From: Acidobacteriota bacterium
GTDB lineage: Bacteria > Acidobacteriota > UBA890 > WLXD01
Assembly: GCA_963666215.2 (NCBI GenBank)
Contig: CAXWPL010000004.1
Location: forward strand, 832,001-896,000
Direction of reading: 5' to 3'
DNA length: 64,000 nucleotides
The notes under the pieces were generated by a model. It did no database searches, was not told the origin of the DNA, and saw only the letters and a program-made list of their open reading frames with translations. Below, piece after piece: positions 19,045 through 29,622 of the stretch. Position 1 is the stretch's first letter; every line of letters begins with the position of its first letter. The translations under genes were made by a program, and so were the position numbers.

Positions 19045-20577
19045 ATGGCCATCCAACCGCGTCAGCCCGCAGACAGCTGGCGGCACGCGGCGTTTCGACT
19101 CGCGCTCGTCGCGCTGCCTGAGTGGTTTCGTGACCGCTTCGCGGCGGACATGGAGGCGACGTTCCTCGAACGCTTCGCTGTTGCACGCGCGGCCCCACTA
19201 CCAAGCGATGGCCGCCGTCGGCGGCCGAGGACGCCGGCGCTCCGCGTCCTTCTTGCCGAGCTCGGCGCCGTGGCCCGGCTCTTCGTCCGTCTTCGTTGGA
19301 GCGGCCAAGCGCTGCTCGATCTTCCCGAGCACCCGGCTCGTGTTGCGGGTGTCATGCCCAAGGAGAGACTGCTCGTGGAGACGCTGATTCAGGATTTCAA
19401 GTTCGCTCTTCGCATGGTGCGTCGTAACCCCGGGTTCGTGGCCGTCGCCGTCCTTACCCTGGCGCTCGGCGTGGGTGCCAACGCCACGATCTTCGGGATG
19501 GTCGCGTCGATGATGGCGCCCCGTTTGCCGTACGCCGACACCGACGAGCTGATGATCGTTTGGTCCACGTTCCCCGAACGCGGCATCGACACCAACTCGA
19601 CATCGCCTGCCGACTTTCTCGACTGGCGATCGCAGAACGAGACCTTCGTCGACCTAGCGGCCCAAACGTCGTGGAGTGCCAACCTGACGGGCGGCGAGCG
19701 GCCGCTTCGTCTCGATGGCTATCGAGTTTCCGCCAACATATTCCGCGTGCTCGGTGCCCAACCGCTCCTCGGCCGCGACTTTCTTTCTAGCGACGATGCA
19801 TCTGGCGCCGAGGGGGTCGTAATGCTGAGCTGGCGGCTATGGCAAAGGCTCGGCGCTGATCCGGGTTTGATCGGTGACTCGCTGCGCATCGACGGGGCCG
19901 AGCATACGGTCGTCGGAGTGATGCCCCAGGGCTTCGAGTACCCACAGTTCCAGTTCCGGGGTGATTTCTGGGCGCCGATGCGGCTGACGCCGGAGCAGGC
20001 TGCCAGGCGTGGCGGCCGCAATCTCGTCGTCGTCGGACGGCTGTTGCCGGACACAACGCGTAAGGCCGGCGAGCTCGATATTCAGCAGATTGCGGAGCAG
20101 CTCGCGGCCGAACACCCTGTAGACAATGCCGGCCGCAGCGCCCGGCTCGTAGCGATCGACGGAATGATCGCCGAGCGGATGATGCCCGCCTTCGCGGTGC
20201 TGCTGGCGACCGTCGGGGCGGTGCTGCTGATCTGCTGTGCGAACGTCGCCAACCTGTACCTGGCTCGCGCTTCGGTGCGACGCCGCGAGATCGCCGTGCG
20301 CTCGGCGCTCGGTGCCTCGCGAATGCGCGTCGTGCGTCAACTGCTGACCGAGAGCGTTGTGGTGGCTACGGCGGGCGGCATTTGCGGATACGCGCTGTCG
20401 CAGGTCGCCGGCACACTGATCATCTCGAGTCTTCCAGCTTTTGTGGTACGCGTGGCTCCGAGCGCGATCGAAGGCGGGGCAGATTCCAGAGTCCTCGGGT
20501 TCACGATGATTGTCTCGTCGGACCGTCGCCGCCACCGCCGAATCCGCCATCACCACCGCCACCGGCTACGGGAGTGA
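19045..20577 (+). pseudogene. ADOP/MacB-like ABC permease truncated after its first half
   Basis: QDFKFALRMV, LTLALGVGANATIF, LLICCANVANL, RRREIAVRSALGA; homology ends at VLGFTMIVS (about 20517) and the second MacB_PCD/FtsX half is missing. Confidence 0.8.
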
Positions 20578-23212
20578 AGCGCGGGTAGCGCAGGTCCCAG
20601 GTGACACGGTGCAGGCCCTTCGAACTGCTGCCTGTCAGTCGGCGGACAACACCACCCGAGCTGTCGCGTACGGTCAGCACCATCGCCGGGTCGGCCTCGC
20701 GATCCTCTGCCCGGAGCTCTTCCCAGCTCGGATAGAACACGTCTTCACCCTCCTCGGCGGCCTTCTTGTCGCGCTCCTGGCGAACCTCGCGTCTCGTCTC
20801 GAGCGAGTCGCGCAGGTGGTAGGTGAACGTGGCGCCAAAGGCCGGGTTCGGCGCGATGAAGTAGTCGGCGCCCTGAAAGGCGCGATCGTTCAAGGCGATG
20901 GGCGTTGCCTCGAAGTAGGCCAACGCGTCGCGCGTCGGAAAGATGTGGGCCTCTGCTCCGAGCGCCGCATCGTCGAGCGTGCGCAGGGCGGAGTAGTCGT
21001 CGAGCACGTAGAAGCTGCGGCCGAACGAGGCGATGACGAGGTCGTCCATCTGGCGTTGGATCTCGATGTCGCGAACAGAAATGGTCGGCAACCCGGAAGA
21101 CAGCTCGACCCAATGATCGCCGCCGTCGCGCGTGAACCAGACGCCGAACTCCGTCGCCGCAAACAGCAAACTCGCATCGACATGGTCCTGCTCGAGCGCG
21201 TACACCGAGCCACGCTCCGGCAGGTCGCCCGTGATCGACGTCCATGAAACGCCTCTGTCGGAGCTCTTGAAGACATACGGCGCGAAGTCGCCCATCTTGT
21301 GGTTGTTGAATGCCGCAAAAACCGTGTCCGCGTCGTGCAGCGACGCCTCCAGATCGTTGACGTAGGTTATGTCGGGAACGCCTGGGACCGCATCGATGCG
21401 CTGCCAGGAGTCGCCGGCGTCCGCGGTTACTTGCACCAGGCCGTCGTCGGTACCGGCGTACAGCAGGCCCTCGACCAGCGGCGATTCGTCGAGCGCGACA
21501 ATCGTCCCGTAGAACGACGTCGAGTTGTTCTTGCGCACAGAGTCGACGCCCCAGACGCGTCCCATGATCTCCAGGCGGTTGCGATCGAGGTTGCGCGTCA
21601 AGTCGCCGCTTACCGGCCGCCACGCGTTTCCACGATCATCGCTGCGGAAGAGAATCTGCGAGCCGAAGTAGAGGCGCGCCGGATCGTGCGGGCTGATGAG
21701 AATGGCCGAGTCCCAGTTCCATCGCAGCGGCGGCCCGTCAGCCGACTCACGCGGCTTCACGTCGAGGCTCTCGCCGGTCTTGCGGTCGTGGCGCACCAGG
21801 CCGCCATGCTGCCACTGCGCGTACATGATGTCGGCGTTGCTCGGGTCGATGGCGGGCTCGAAGCCGTCGCCGAAGACGGGGATCGTCCAGTCGGAATTGC
21901 GGATGCCGTTCACCGCCGTCGTACGCGCTGGGCCGCAGTGCGTGGCGTTGTCCTGGGTTCCACCACAAACCGTGTAGAACGGCGCGTCGTTGCCGACCGA
22001 CAGCTTGTAGTACTGCGTGATCGGCAGGTTGGTGAAGAAGCGCCAGGTGCTGCCGCGATCGAAGCTCTCGTACAGGCCGCAGTCATTGCCGTTGAGCAGG
22101 TGGTTCTCATCGTCGGGATCGATCCACAGCGCGTGGTTGTCGATGTGCTTGTCCTGCTCGCCAACGCTGTTCCAGGTGCGGCCGCCGTCTTCGCTCCTTT
22201 GCGCGCGCGTATCCATGGCGTACAGCCGATCGAACTGATGTGGGTCGGCGAAGAGCTCCTGGTAGTACTGCGGGCTGCCGGTGACGTAGTCGCTGCGCTT
22301 GCTCCAGCTCGCGCCGGCATTTTCCGACACGTATGTGCCGCGCCCCTCGGCGGCGTCGACCAGCGCGTAAACGACATCGGGTCGCTGTGGCGAGATCGCC
22401 AAGCCAATACGGCCCAGGTCGCCCGACGGCAGTCCGCTCGTCAGCTCCACCCATGTCTCGCCGCCATCGACCGTCTTGTGAATGCCGGCTTCCGGGCCGC
22501 CGTCGAGCAGTGTCCAGACATGACGCCGGCGCTGGTAGGCCGCCGCGTACAGCACGTCCGGATCGCGCGGATCCATCAGCAGGTCGGTCACCCCGGTGTC
22601 GTCGCTGATCTCGAGCACCTTCGTCCACGTTTCGTCGCCGTCGCCGGTCAGGTACACGCCACGTTCGCCACCCGAGCTCCACAGCGGACCCTGTGCGGCG
22701 ACATAAACGGTGTTGGAGTCCTCCGGATGAATCAGGATGCGGGCGATGTGTTCGGAGCTCTCGAGGCCCATGTTGCGGAAACTCTTGCCGCCGTCGACCG
22801 ATTTGTAGATGCCGTCGCCGTAGGCCACCGAGCGCTGGCTGTTGTTCTCGCCGGTGCCTACCCAGATCGTCAGCGGGTCGTGTGGATCGACGACCACGGT
22901 GCCCACCGAGTAGGAGCCGTACTCGTCGAAGATCGGCTCCCACTGCACGCCGGCGTTGATTGTTTTCCACACACCGCCCGAGGCGACGCTCACGTACCAG
23001 GTGCGCTCGTTCGTCGGATCAACCGCGATCTCGGTAATCCGGCCCGACATGAACGCGGGTCCGATGCCGCGCCACTTCAGCGCCGACACCGTCCCGGAGG
23101 TCAAGCCGCCGTCTTCCTCCGCGGGTTCCTCCTGGGCGACGACCAGCGGCGCGGCGGCGAGCGCAGCAACCAACACCAGGGAAAACGCGAACCACGACCA
23201 ACGGCTCTTCAT
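20501..23212 (-). pseudogene. VPS10/BNR-repeat beta-propeller glycosyl-hydrolase-like protein, probably C-terminally clipped
   Basis: WRGIGPAFMSGRI, many SxDGGxxW Asp-boxes, GGTQDN, GLHRVTWDLRY; ends abruptly after GGGGDGP and overlaps the truncated permease. Confidence 0.7.
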
Positions 23213-23352
23213 CGGGACTCTCTCCAGTGTGTGTGTGACGGCGGCCACAATTTTGGGTGGCGACAATCCAGTCGAGGCGGGAGGCGGCGACAAACGCGAC
23301 GGTGCGCCGTGCAGATCGCAGGCGAGCTCGGCGTCGCGCAGCCTCGTTGCGA

Positions 23353-23880
23353 TCAGGCTCGCTCCACCAGCTCGTGGTTGAGCATCGCGTCGCCGTCGAA
23401 GACGAAGCGGCCGTGGAAGCGGCTGCCAGCCAGAAGGCGCGGCAGCCAGATACGGTCGTCCTCCCACATCTCGTCGTACGGAATTCTCTCGAGCGGCACC
23501 CACATCGGAATCGCCTCGTCGGTCTCGATCGGGTCTCCCTGCAGATCACCAGAACGGAATACCCACACGTGGATCGAGTAACCATCCACGAACTGAAACT
23601 CGAGCTCGCCCATCTGGACGGGATCGATCGGCGTGACCCCGATCTCCTCCTGGGTCTCGCGGATCGCTCCGTCGACCGCCGACTCACCGGGCTCGATACG
23701 GCCACCGGGCCCGTTAATCTTGCCGGCCCCGAGCCCGCGCTTTTTGCGGATCAGGAGCATCTGCCCCGCGCGGATGACGAACATCAACGTGGCGCGGTCG
23801 ACGGGTTGCCACGCAGCCCAGTCGATCTCGTCAACCGATCGAACCCGGGTGAACACATCTGGAGGAGGCTCTTGCTGCAT
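23353..23880 (-). CDS. Nudix 8-oxo-dGTP diphosphatase (MTH1/NUDT1-like)
   Basis: KKRGLGAGKINGPGGRIEPGE...AIRETQEEIG Nudix box; IPYDEMWEDD. Confidence 0.85.
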   Translation of the reverse strand: MQQEPPPDVFTRVRSVDEIDWAAWQPVDRATLMFVIRAGQMLLIRKKRGLGAGKINGPGGRIEPGESAVDGAIRETQEEIGVTPIDPVQMGELEFQFVDGYSIHVWVFRSGDLQGDPIETDEAIPMWVPLERIPYDEMWEDDRIWLPRLLAGSRFHGRFVFDGDAMLNHELVERA

Positions 23881-23983
23881 GGCGCCGCCAGCCTAGCGCG
23901 TTGACGGAACCGCGACAGCTCCTTAACCTCCCGATCGACTCGGCCATGCCGTAACCCTGCGCCCAGATCCTCCGGAGTCCCCA

Positions 23984-26668
23984 ATGTCTCGTTCCCGTAC
24001 GCTCGTCTACAGGTCGGCACTCGCCGTTCTCGTGTTCTTGTCAGGCGCCGTTATCAGCGCCAGCGCCCAGCAAGCAGGTGGTCCGACGCCCGCCGAAGAC
24101 CGGCTCGCCTGGTACGAGCGGCACGTCGGCATGAAGGACAGCTCGCTCTTCAAGAACGTGCAGTGGCAGTTCGTCGGCCCGACGAACGTCTCCGGACGGA
24201 TGACCGACATCGCCGTCGTCGAGCCGCGTGGCGAGAACTACACTGTGTTCGTCGCCGGAGCGTCGGGTGGCGTGTGGCGTACGAAGAACGAAGGGACAAC
24301 GTGGGAGCCGGTGTTCGAGCACGGGGCATCGACGTCGATCGGCGACGTCACGATTGCGCCGTCCAACCCGAACATCGTTTGGGTGGGCCCCGGCGAGGGG
24401 AACATCTTCCGCAGTTCGATGGCCGGCGCCGGGGTCTACAAGTCGACCGACGGTGGCGACAGCTGGGAGCACAAGGGACTCGCCGCCACCCACACGATTC
24501 CTCGGATCGTCATTCACCCGACCAACCCGGATGTGCTCTACGTCGCCGCCAGCGGCCGCGAGTGGACCGACAACCCCGAGCGCGGCGTCTACAAGAGCAC
24601 CGACGGCGGCGACAGCTGGGAGCTCGTGCTTTTCGTCAGCGAGCGCACTGGTGCCATCGATCTGGTGATGGATCCGTCCGATCCGAACCGGCTCTACGCC
24701 GCCACCTGGCAGCGGATTCGCAAGAAGTGGAACGATCCCCGCAACGAGGCGGGCTACTCCGAGAGCGGCATCTATCGCACCGACAACGGCGGCGCCGACT
24801 GGCAGGCCATCAACGATGGATTACCGGAACCACACTTCCGTGGCCGCATCGGCATCGACGTAGCGCGCTCGAACCCGAGCACGATCCACGCCTTCGTCGA
24901 CAGCTACGACGTGGCGCGGGTGCCCGAAGGCAACGAGACCGACTCCTACGGCCGGCCGCTTGCACCCGTGATCCGGGGTGCCACGGTGTTCCGCTCCGAC
25001 GACCGCGGCGACACGTGGCGCCAGGCTAGTGAGACCAACGAGCACATGGAGCGTCTCAACGCGACGTATGGATGGGTCTTTGGCCAAATGAGGGTCGACC
25101 CCAACGACGCCGAGACGATCTACGTCATGGGGCTGGGTCTGAACGTGTCGAACGACGGCGGCAAGACCTTCCGGCGCCTCTCCGGCATGCACGGCGACCA
25201 TCACGGCCTGTGGATCGATCCGCAGAACTCGAACTACCTCATCAACGTCAACGACGGCGGCGTGGATATCTCGTATGACGCCGGCGAGAACTGGAAGAAC
25301 TTCAATGACAACCTGTCGCTGGTGCAGTTCTTCAACATCGGCTACGACATGGACGAGCCGTTCAACGTCTATGGCTCGGTCCAGGACCATGGTTCCTATC
25401 GTGGACCCATCGATCTGAGGAACGGCCGCGACGAGATTCCGGCCGCCGAGTTCGCGCGCGCGCCGGGCGGCGAGGGATCGAGTCACGCGATCGACCCCAC
25501 CAACCCGAACCGTGTCTACTCTGCCGGCTTCTACGGCAGCATCACGCGCACCGACCTCGAAACGGGTGAGCGGGTCTCGATCGCGCCGCAGGCGGCCGAG
25601 GGCGAGCTGCCCCTGCGTGGCCAGTGGGTGGCGCCGTTCATCATCTCGCCGCACAACCCGCGGATCATCTACCACGGGTTCAACAAGCTCTTCCGGTCGA
25701 TGGACTTGGGCGACAGCTGGGAACAGATCAGCCCCGATCTGACCTACAACGAGCTCGAACTGATCGGCGACATTCCGTACCAGACGATCTTCTCGATCGC
25801 CGAGTCGCCACTGAAATTCGGCCTTATTTACGCCGGAACAGACGACGGGCGCATCTGGGTGACGAAGAGCTCCGGCGGCGAGTGGAGCGAGATCACCGGG
25901 AACCTGCCTGCAGGCAAGTTCACCGCCGAGCTGGTTGCGTCGGCCTACGACGAGGCCACGGTGTACCTGGCGCAGAACGGCAAGCGCGAGGACGACTTCA
26001 TGCCGTATCTGTGGAAATCAGCCGACTACGGCGCCTCCTGGGAAAACATCGCCGCGAACATTCCGTCGGGTCCGGTCAACGTCATTCGGGAGGACCCGGA
26101 GAACGAGAACCTGCTGTACGTCGGCACCGATCTCGGTGTTTATGCCAGCATCAGCGGTGGCGAAGACTGGCAGGTGCTGCCCGGCGGCCTGCCAACGACG
26201 TTCATCCACGACCTGATCATTCACCCCCGCGATCGCATCATGGTGGCCGCCAGTCACGGGCGTGGCATGTGGGCGCTGGACATCTCGAAGATCGAGCAGC
26301 TCACCGGCGAGGTGCTCGCCAAGCGGCTGCATGTGTTCGACGTCGACGCTGGCCGCGTTCGGCGAGGACAATTCGGCTTTGGATTCGGCGCCGGCACACG
26401 ACCCGTCTACGTGCACTATTACATGAGCACTGCGACCGACGTGAAGGTCGAGATCCGCGACGCCGACGGTGGTGTGATCGCCGAGCTCGAGGCCACCGGC
26501 GACGCCGGTTTGAACCGCGCCCGATGGGACCTGCAGAGGCAGGGACAGGCCGAAGCCGCTGGGCCACAGCGCGGTCGCGGGTCGCCGTTCGTAGCGGCCG
26601 GTACCTACACCGTGGTCGTCACGGCGGGTGGCGAGTCGGCTGAGAAGACCGTCGAGGTGGGTGGCTGA
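23984..26668 (+). CDS. Secreted VPS10/BNR-repeat beta-propeller protein
   Basis: Signal peptide; GPTNVSGR; repeated STDGGDSW; HGDHHGLWIDP; C-terminal GLNRARWDL...GTYTV Ig-like domain. Confidence 0.85.
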   Translation: MSRSRTLVYRSALAVLVFLSGAVISASAQQAGGPTPAEDRLAWYERHVGMKDSSLFKNVQWQFVGPTNVSGRMTDIAVVEPRGENYTVFVAGASGGVWRTKNEGTTWEPVFEHGASTSIGDVTIAPSNPNIVWVGPGEGNIFRSSMAGAGVYKSTDGGDSWEHKGLAATHTIPRIVIHPTNPDVLYVAASGREWTDNPERGVYKSTDGGDSWELVLFVSERTGAIDLVMDPSDPNRLYAATWQRIRKKWNDPRNEAGYSESGIYRTDNGGADWQAINDGLPEPHFRGRIGIDVARSNPSTIHAFVDSYDVARVPEGNETDSYGRPLAPVIRGATVFRSDDRGDTWRQASETNEHMERLNATYGWVFGQMRVDPNDAETIYVMGLGLNVSNDGGKTFRRLSGMHGDHHGLWIDPQNSNYLINVNDGGVDISYDAGENWKNFNDNLSLVQFFNIGYDMDEPFNVYGSVQDHGSYRGPIDLRNGRDEIPAAEFARAPGGEGSSHAIDPTNPNRVYSAGFYGSITRTDLETGERVSIAPQAAEGELPLRGQWVAPFIISPHNPRIIYHGFNKLFRSMDLGDSWEQISPDLTYNELELIGDIPYQTIFSIAESPLKFGLIYAGTDDGRIWVTKSSGGEWSEITGNLPAGKFTAELVASAYDEATVYLAQNGKREDDFMPYLWKSADYGASWENIAANIPSGPVNVIREDPENENLLYVGTDLGVYASISGGEDWQVLPGGLPTTFIHDLIIHPRDRIMVAASHGRGMWALDISKIEQLTGEVLAKRLHVFDVDAGRVRRGQFGFGFGAGTRPVYVHYYMSTATDVKVEIRDADGGVIAELEATGDAGLNRARWDLQRQGQAEAAGPQRGRGSPFVAAGTYTVVVTAGGESAEKTVEVGG

Positions 26669-26693
26669 GGCGAGGTCGACAGCTGGCCAGGGC

Positions 26694-27602
26694 TCAGGAG
26701 GTCGGTTCCAGACCGTAGAGTCGGGCGGCGTTGCCCCCGAGGATGCCGTCGATCTCGGCCGGTGTTAGTTGTGGCCAGCCGCTGCGCGCCGCGATCTCGT
26801 TGATGCCGTGCCGGATCAGCTGGATCCAGCGCCGCATGTCAGCGCCGGGATCGTCCGAGAACACACCGGAGCCCGCGGACCAGTAGTCGGAGGCGTACAT
26901 CAGCTTGTCGAGCACGCCGAGCTCCTGCGCCTTCACCAGGTTCCAGGTCAGCGTCATCGGCCGGTCGTAGGTCATCGCCAGGTCGGCGAAGATGTTCACG
27001 TCCGGATTGGCCATCAAGAAGAAGAGCTCCTCGTACCACGGGTAGTTGAGGTGCTCGAGCACGACCTTGAGGTCGGGAAAATCGATCAGCACGCTCTGCA
27101 GCGACTCGATGCGCGCGTAGCGGTAGGGCGCCAGGGCGATGCCGGCAGTGCTGGCGCAGTGATGGAACTGCACGACAACATCGAGCTCGACGGCACGTTC
27201 GTAGAACGGGTATACCTGCGGGTCGTCGGAGGCGTAGTAGCCGTAGGGTGGAGTGAGCAACACACCCTTGAAGCCGTGCTCGGTCACGGCTCGGGTGAAG
27301 TACTCGAGCGCCGGCTTGTTGAACCGCCCGGCGGCGTCGATCGGTTCGACCGCGGCGAGGCCGACAAACAGATCCGGATGGGCTCGAATGCACTCGAGGA
27401 CGTGGTCCTCGCCGCACGACGAGCCCCACATACGCGTGGTGTCCTGGCCCATCACGACGGCGCGCTCCACGCCGGCCGAACGCAGCCAGCCAACTAGACC
27501 GTCGAGCTCCGTGTCGACCGGATGCCGATGGCCGATGCTCGCCTCGGCAACCTCGTCGAAGTTGTCGGCCCGCAGAACGTGGAGGTGGGAATCGATCAGC
27601 AA
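26694..27602 (-). CDS. Amidohydrolase_2 family metal-dependent hydrolase
   Basis: IDSHLH, VQFHH, VLEHL, YASDY, ILGGNAARL; TTG start after GGGAG, directly downstream of MTHFR. Confidence 0.85.
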   Translation of the reverse strand: MLIDSHLHVLRADNFDEVAEASIGHRHPVDTELDGLVGWLRSAGVERAVVMGQDTTRMWGSSCGEDHVLECIRAHPDLFVGLAAVEPIDAAGRFNKPALEYFTRAVTEHGFKGVLLTPPYGYYASDDPQVYPFYERAVELDVVVQFHHCASTAGIALAPYRYARIESLQSVLIDFPDLKVVLEHLNYPWYEELFFLMANPDVNIFADLAMTYDRPMTLTWNLVKAQELGVLDKLMYASDYWSAGSGVFSDDPGADMRRWIQLIRHGINEIAARSGWPQLTPAEIDGILGGNAARLYGLEPTS

Positions 27603-27627
27603 ATGCCCAATCTCCCGCAACCGACGC

Positions 27628-29436
27628 TCACGCGGAGCTGTCGGCGACCGCGGTCGCGGTGTCGTGCTCGAGCGCGTCGAGGCGACGGAAGGCGGCGAAC
27701 AGATCGCCGCGGATGAAGTCGTTCTCAACGATGTTGAGCAGGTAGTAGCTGTCGTGGATCTCGTCGAGAACGGCGCGTGCGCGGCTGCCGGTCTCGTAGA
27801 AGTCGCCCCACTGCTGTTTCCAAATCGCGAACGCCTCTTCTTTCCAGATCATGAAGCTCTGGAACTCGACGACGGTCGGTTGGATGATCTCTTTGCCCGG
27901 GAAGATGCCCCAGGTGACGGCGTTGACGCTGTTGGGCGGCACGTTGAACTGAGCGTCGCCGGCTACGTTGACGGCCTGGTACGTCAGCGACGGGAACTCG
28001 GCGACGATCGCCAGAAAGCGTTGAAGCCGTTCCGGCGACAGGAACATCTCGATATAGGCCTTCTGGTAACAAACACCGCCGGCCCCGCCCCAACCGAGCT
28101 CGGGGTGAGAAGAGGCCACGCCATTGACCTGCGGCTGGCTGTTGATCGTCAGATAACCGTTGGCGTTGAGGGCGACGAGCTCGTGCGAGATCAGCTGGGT
28201 CTCACCCTGCAGACCACCGTCGACCCACGGTAGGGAGTCGATTTCGCCGGCACAGAAGCGCGCGAACACCTGGAATACGTCTTCGACCCGTTCGGGCTCG
28301 CCGTAAACTTGCTCGACGGCGTCGCGCGCCGCCAGGCGAATGCCGCGTCGCATGAGGTAGTACTCGTTGAGCGTGCCGTAGGACGGGCTTCTGCGATCGC
28401 CCCAGCGGCCGTTCGGGAAGTCGTCCCAGTTGGCGGTGCGGGCGAGGTAGCTCTCCGGACGGTTACTCCAGAAGATCGGGCGTACATCCTCGCCGCCGCG
28501 CGACGGATCGTCGGTGCTGCGCCAGGGCAGCGAACGCTCCGCCACATCGTCGGCGCGCAGACCGAGCGCGTCGACGATGCGGGCGACCGACCACTCGAGG
28601 TTGAGCGTGTAGAAGTGCAGCCCCGGGGCGCCATATTCGAGCAGTCGTCGACTCATTTCCACGCACAAGTCAACGCCATACTCGCGGACCTGCGCGTCGT
28701 CTTGCTTGATGGGCTCGAGTGCCGCGGCAACGCTGTCGGGCACCGAGACCTTGGTGAACGTGGCCATCTTCTTGAAGCGGCTGTAGTTCTGGATCGGCAG
28801 CATTCCGGGAATGACTGGGCAGTCGATACCGCGGCGTTCGCAGCGACCGAGAAAGGCCAAGTATTCATCCACGTCGAAGAGCAGCTGCGTGATCACGAAG
28901 TCGGCGCCACAATCGACCTTGTGCTTCAGATAGTCGGTGCAGCTCTCGCGATCGGCGGCCTCGAGGTGGCCCTCCGGGTAGCCGGCCACGCCGACGCACA
29001 TGCTGTCGCCGAAGCGCGCTCGAATGTGCTCGACGAGCTGATAGGCGTAGGAGAATCCCCCCTCGACGCGTTCCCACGCGGCCGCTCCCTGCGGGGCGTC
29101 ACCGCGCAGTGCGAGGATGTTACGGATTCCCGCGGCGTAAGCGGCGTCGAGCGCGGCGTCGAGCCGGTCGACCGTCATGTTCGTGCACGTCAGGTGCATG
29201 AGCACGTCGATGCCGAAGAACTCCTGCGCGGTCGCCGAGATGGCGAGCGTTTGATCGCTCGTCGAGCCGCCGGCGCCCCAGGTGACGTCGACGAACGTCG
29301 GCCCCAGGTCGATCATGCGATCCATGCGGCCGTAGAGGTTGTTCAGGCCCGCGTCGGTCTTCGGGGGGAAGTACTCGAACGAGAAGAAGGGCTCGCCGGC
29401 CGCAATGTGTTCGTTGATCCGGTCGATAATCCTCAT
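27628..29436 (-). CDS. metF: Methylenetetrahydrofolate reductase, eukaryote-type with C-terminal regulatory domain
   Basis: Catalytic motifs FSFEYFPPKT, VTWGAGGS, MHLTC, LALRGD, AGYPEGH, LHFYTLN. An extra ~300 aa contain EDVRPIFW, WDDFPNGRWGD, LTINSQP, YQKAY, NAVTWGIFPGKEIIQPTVV. Confidence 0.93.
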   Translation of the reverse strand: MRIIDRINEHIAAGEPFFSFEYFPPKTDAGLNNLYGRMDRMIDLGPTFVDVTWGAGGSTSDQTLAISATAQEFFGIDVLMHLTCTNMTVDRLDAALDAAYAAGIRNILALRGDAPQGAAAWERVEGGFSYAYQLVEHIRARFGDSMCVGVAGYPEGHLEAADRESCTDYLKHKVDCGADFVITQLLFDVDEYLAFLGRCERRGIDCPVIPGMLPIQNYSRFKKMATFTKVSVPDSVAAALEPIKQDDAQVREYGVDLCVEMSRRLLEYGAPGLHFYTLNLEWSVARIVDALGLRADDVAERSLPWRSTDDPSRGGEDVRPIFWSNRPESYLARTANWDDFPNGRWGDRRSPSYGTLNEYYLMRRGIRLAARDAVEQVYGEPERVEDVFQVFARFCAGEIDSLPWVDGGLQGETQLISHELVALNANGYLTINSQPQVNGVASSHPELGWGGAGGVCYQKAYIEMFLSPERLQRFLAIVAEFPSLTYQAVNVAGDAQFNVPPNSVNAVTWGIFPGKEIIQPTVVEFQSFMIWKEEAFAIWKQQWGDFYETGSRARAVLDEIHDSYYLLNIVENDFIRGDLFAAFRRLDALEHDTATAVADSSA

Positions 29437-29622
29437 TGCGGCGAAGATAGTACGCGATTCGCGGTGATCCTAGCGTCGCCGAATCGCCGATCGCCGGCTC
29501 GCCATGGGGCGTCTCGCCGGTGAACGGCGCCGCTCCGCGTGCGGCGTCTGTGCGGTCCCGCACCACGGATCCTGGTAAGTTGCTCGGAACGGAGCATTCC
29601 CACGGGAGGGCGTGGAGCCGCG

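Noticed and set aside
21299-23581. Long antisense/overlapping ORFs (e.g. 21299-23581 +, 12382-14343 -, 37078-38550 +, 9624-11018 -)
   Set aside because: Shadow frames of GC-rich genes with no family motifs, lying opposite well-supported CDSs
20501-26668. VPS10 propellers, MTH1-like Nudix and Prx6 as eukaryotic acquisitions
   Set aside because: All three families are common in bacteria
27628-29436. Eukaryotic contamination as the source of the MTHFR
   Set aside because: No introns, composition like flanking genes and tight packing with a bacterial gene. Read-level confirmation is still desirable.
29437-29622. SAM riboswitch upstream of metF
   Set aside because: No SAM-I/II core recognisable by eye, and a -10 box lies close to the ATG. 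An Infernal scan was not run.
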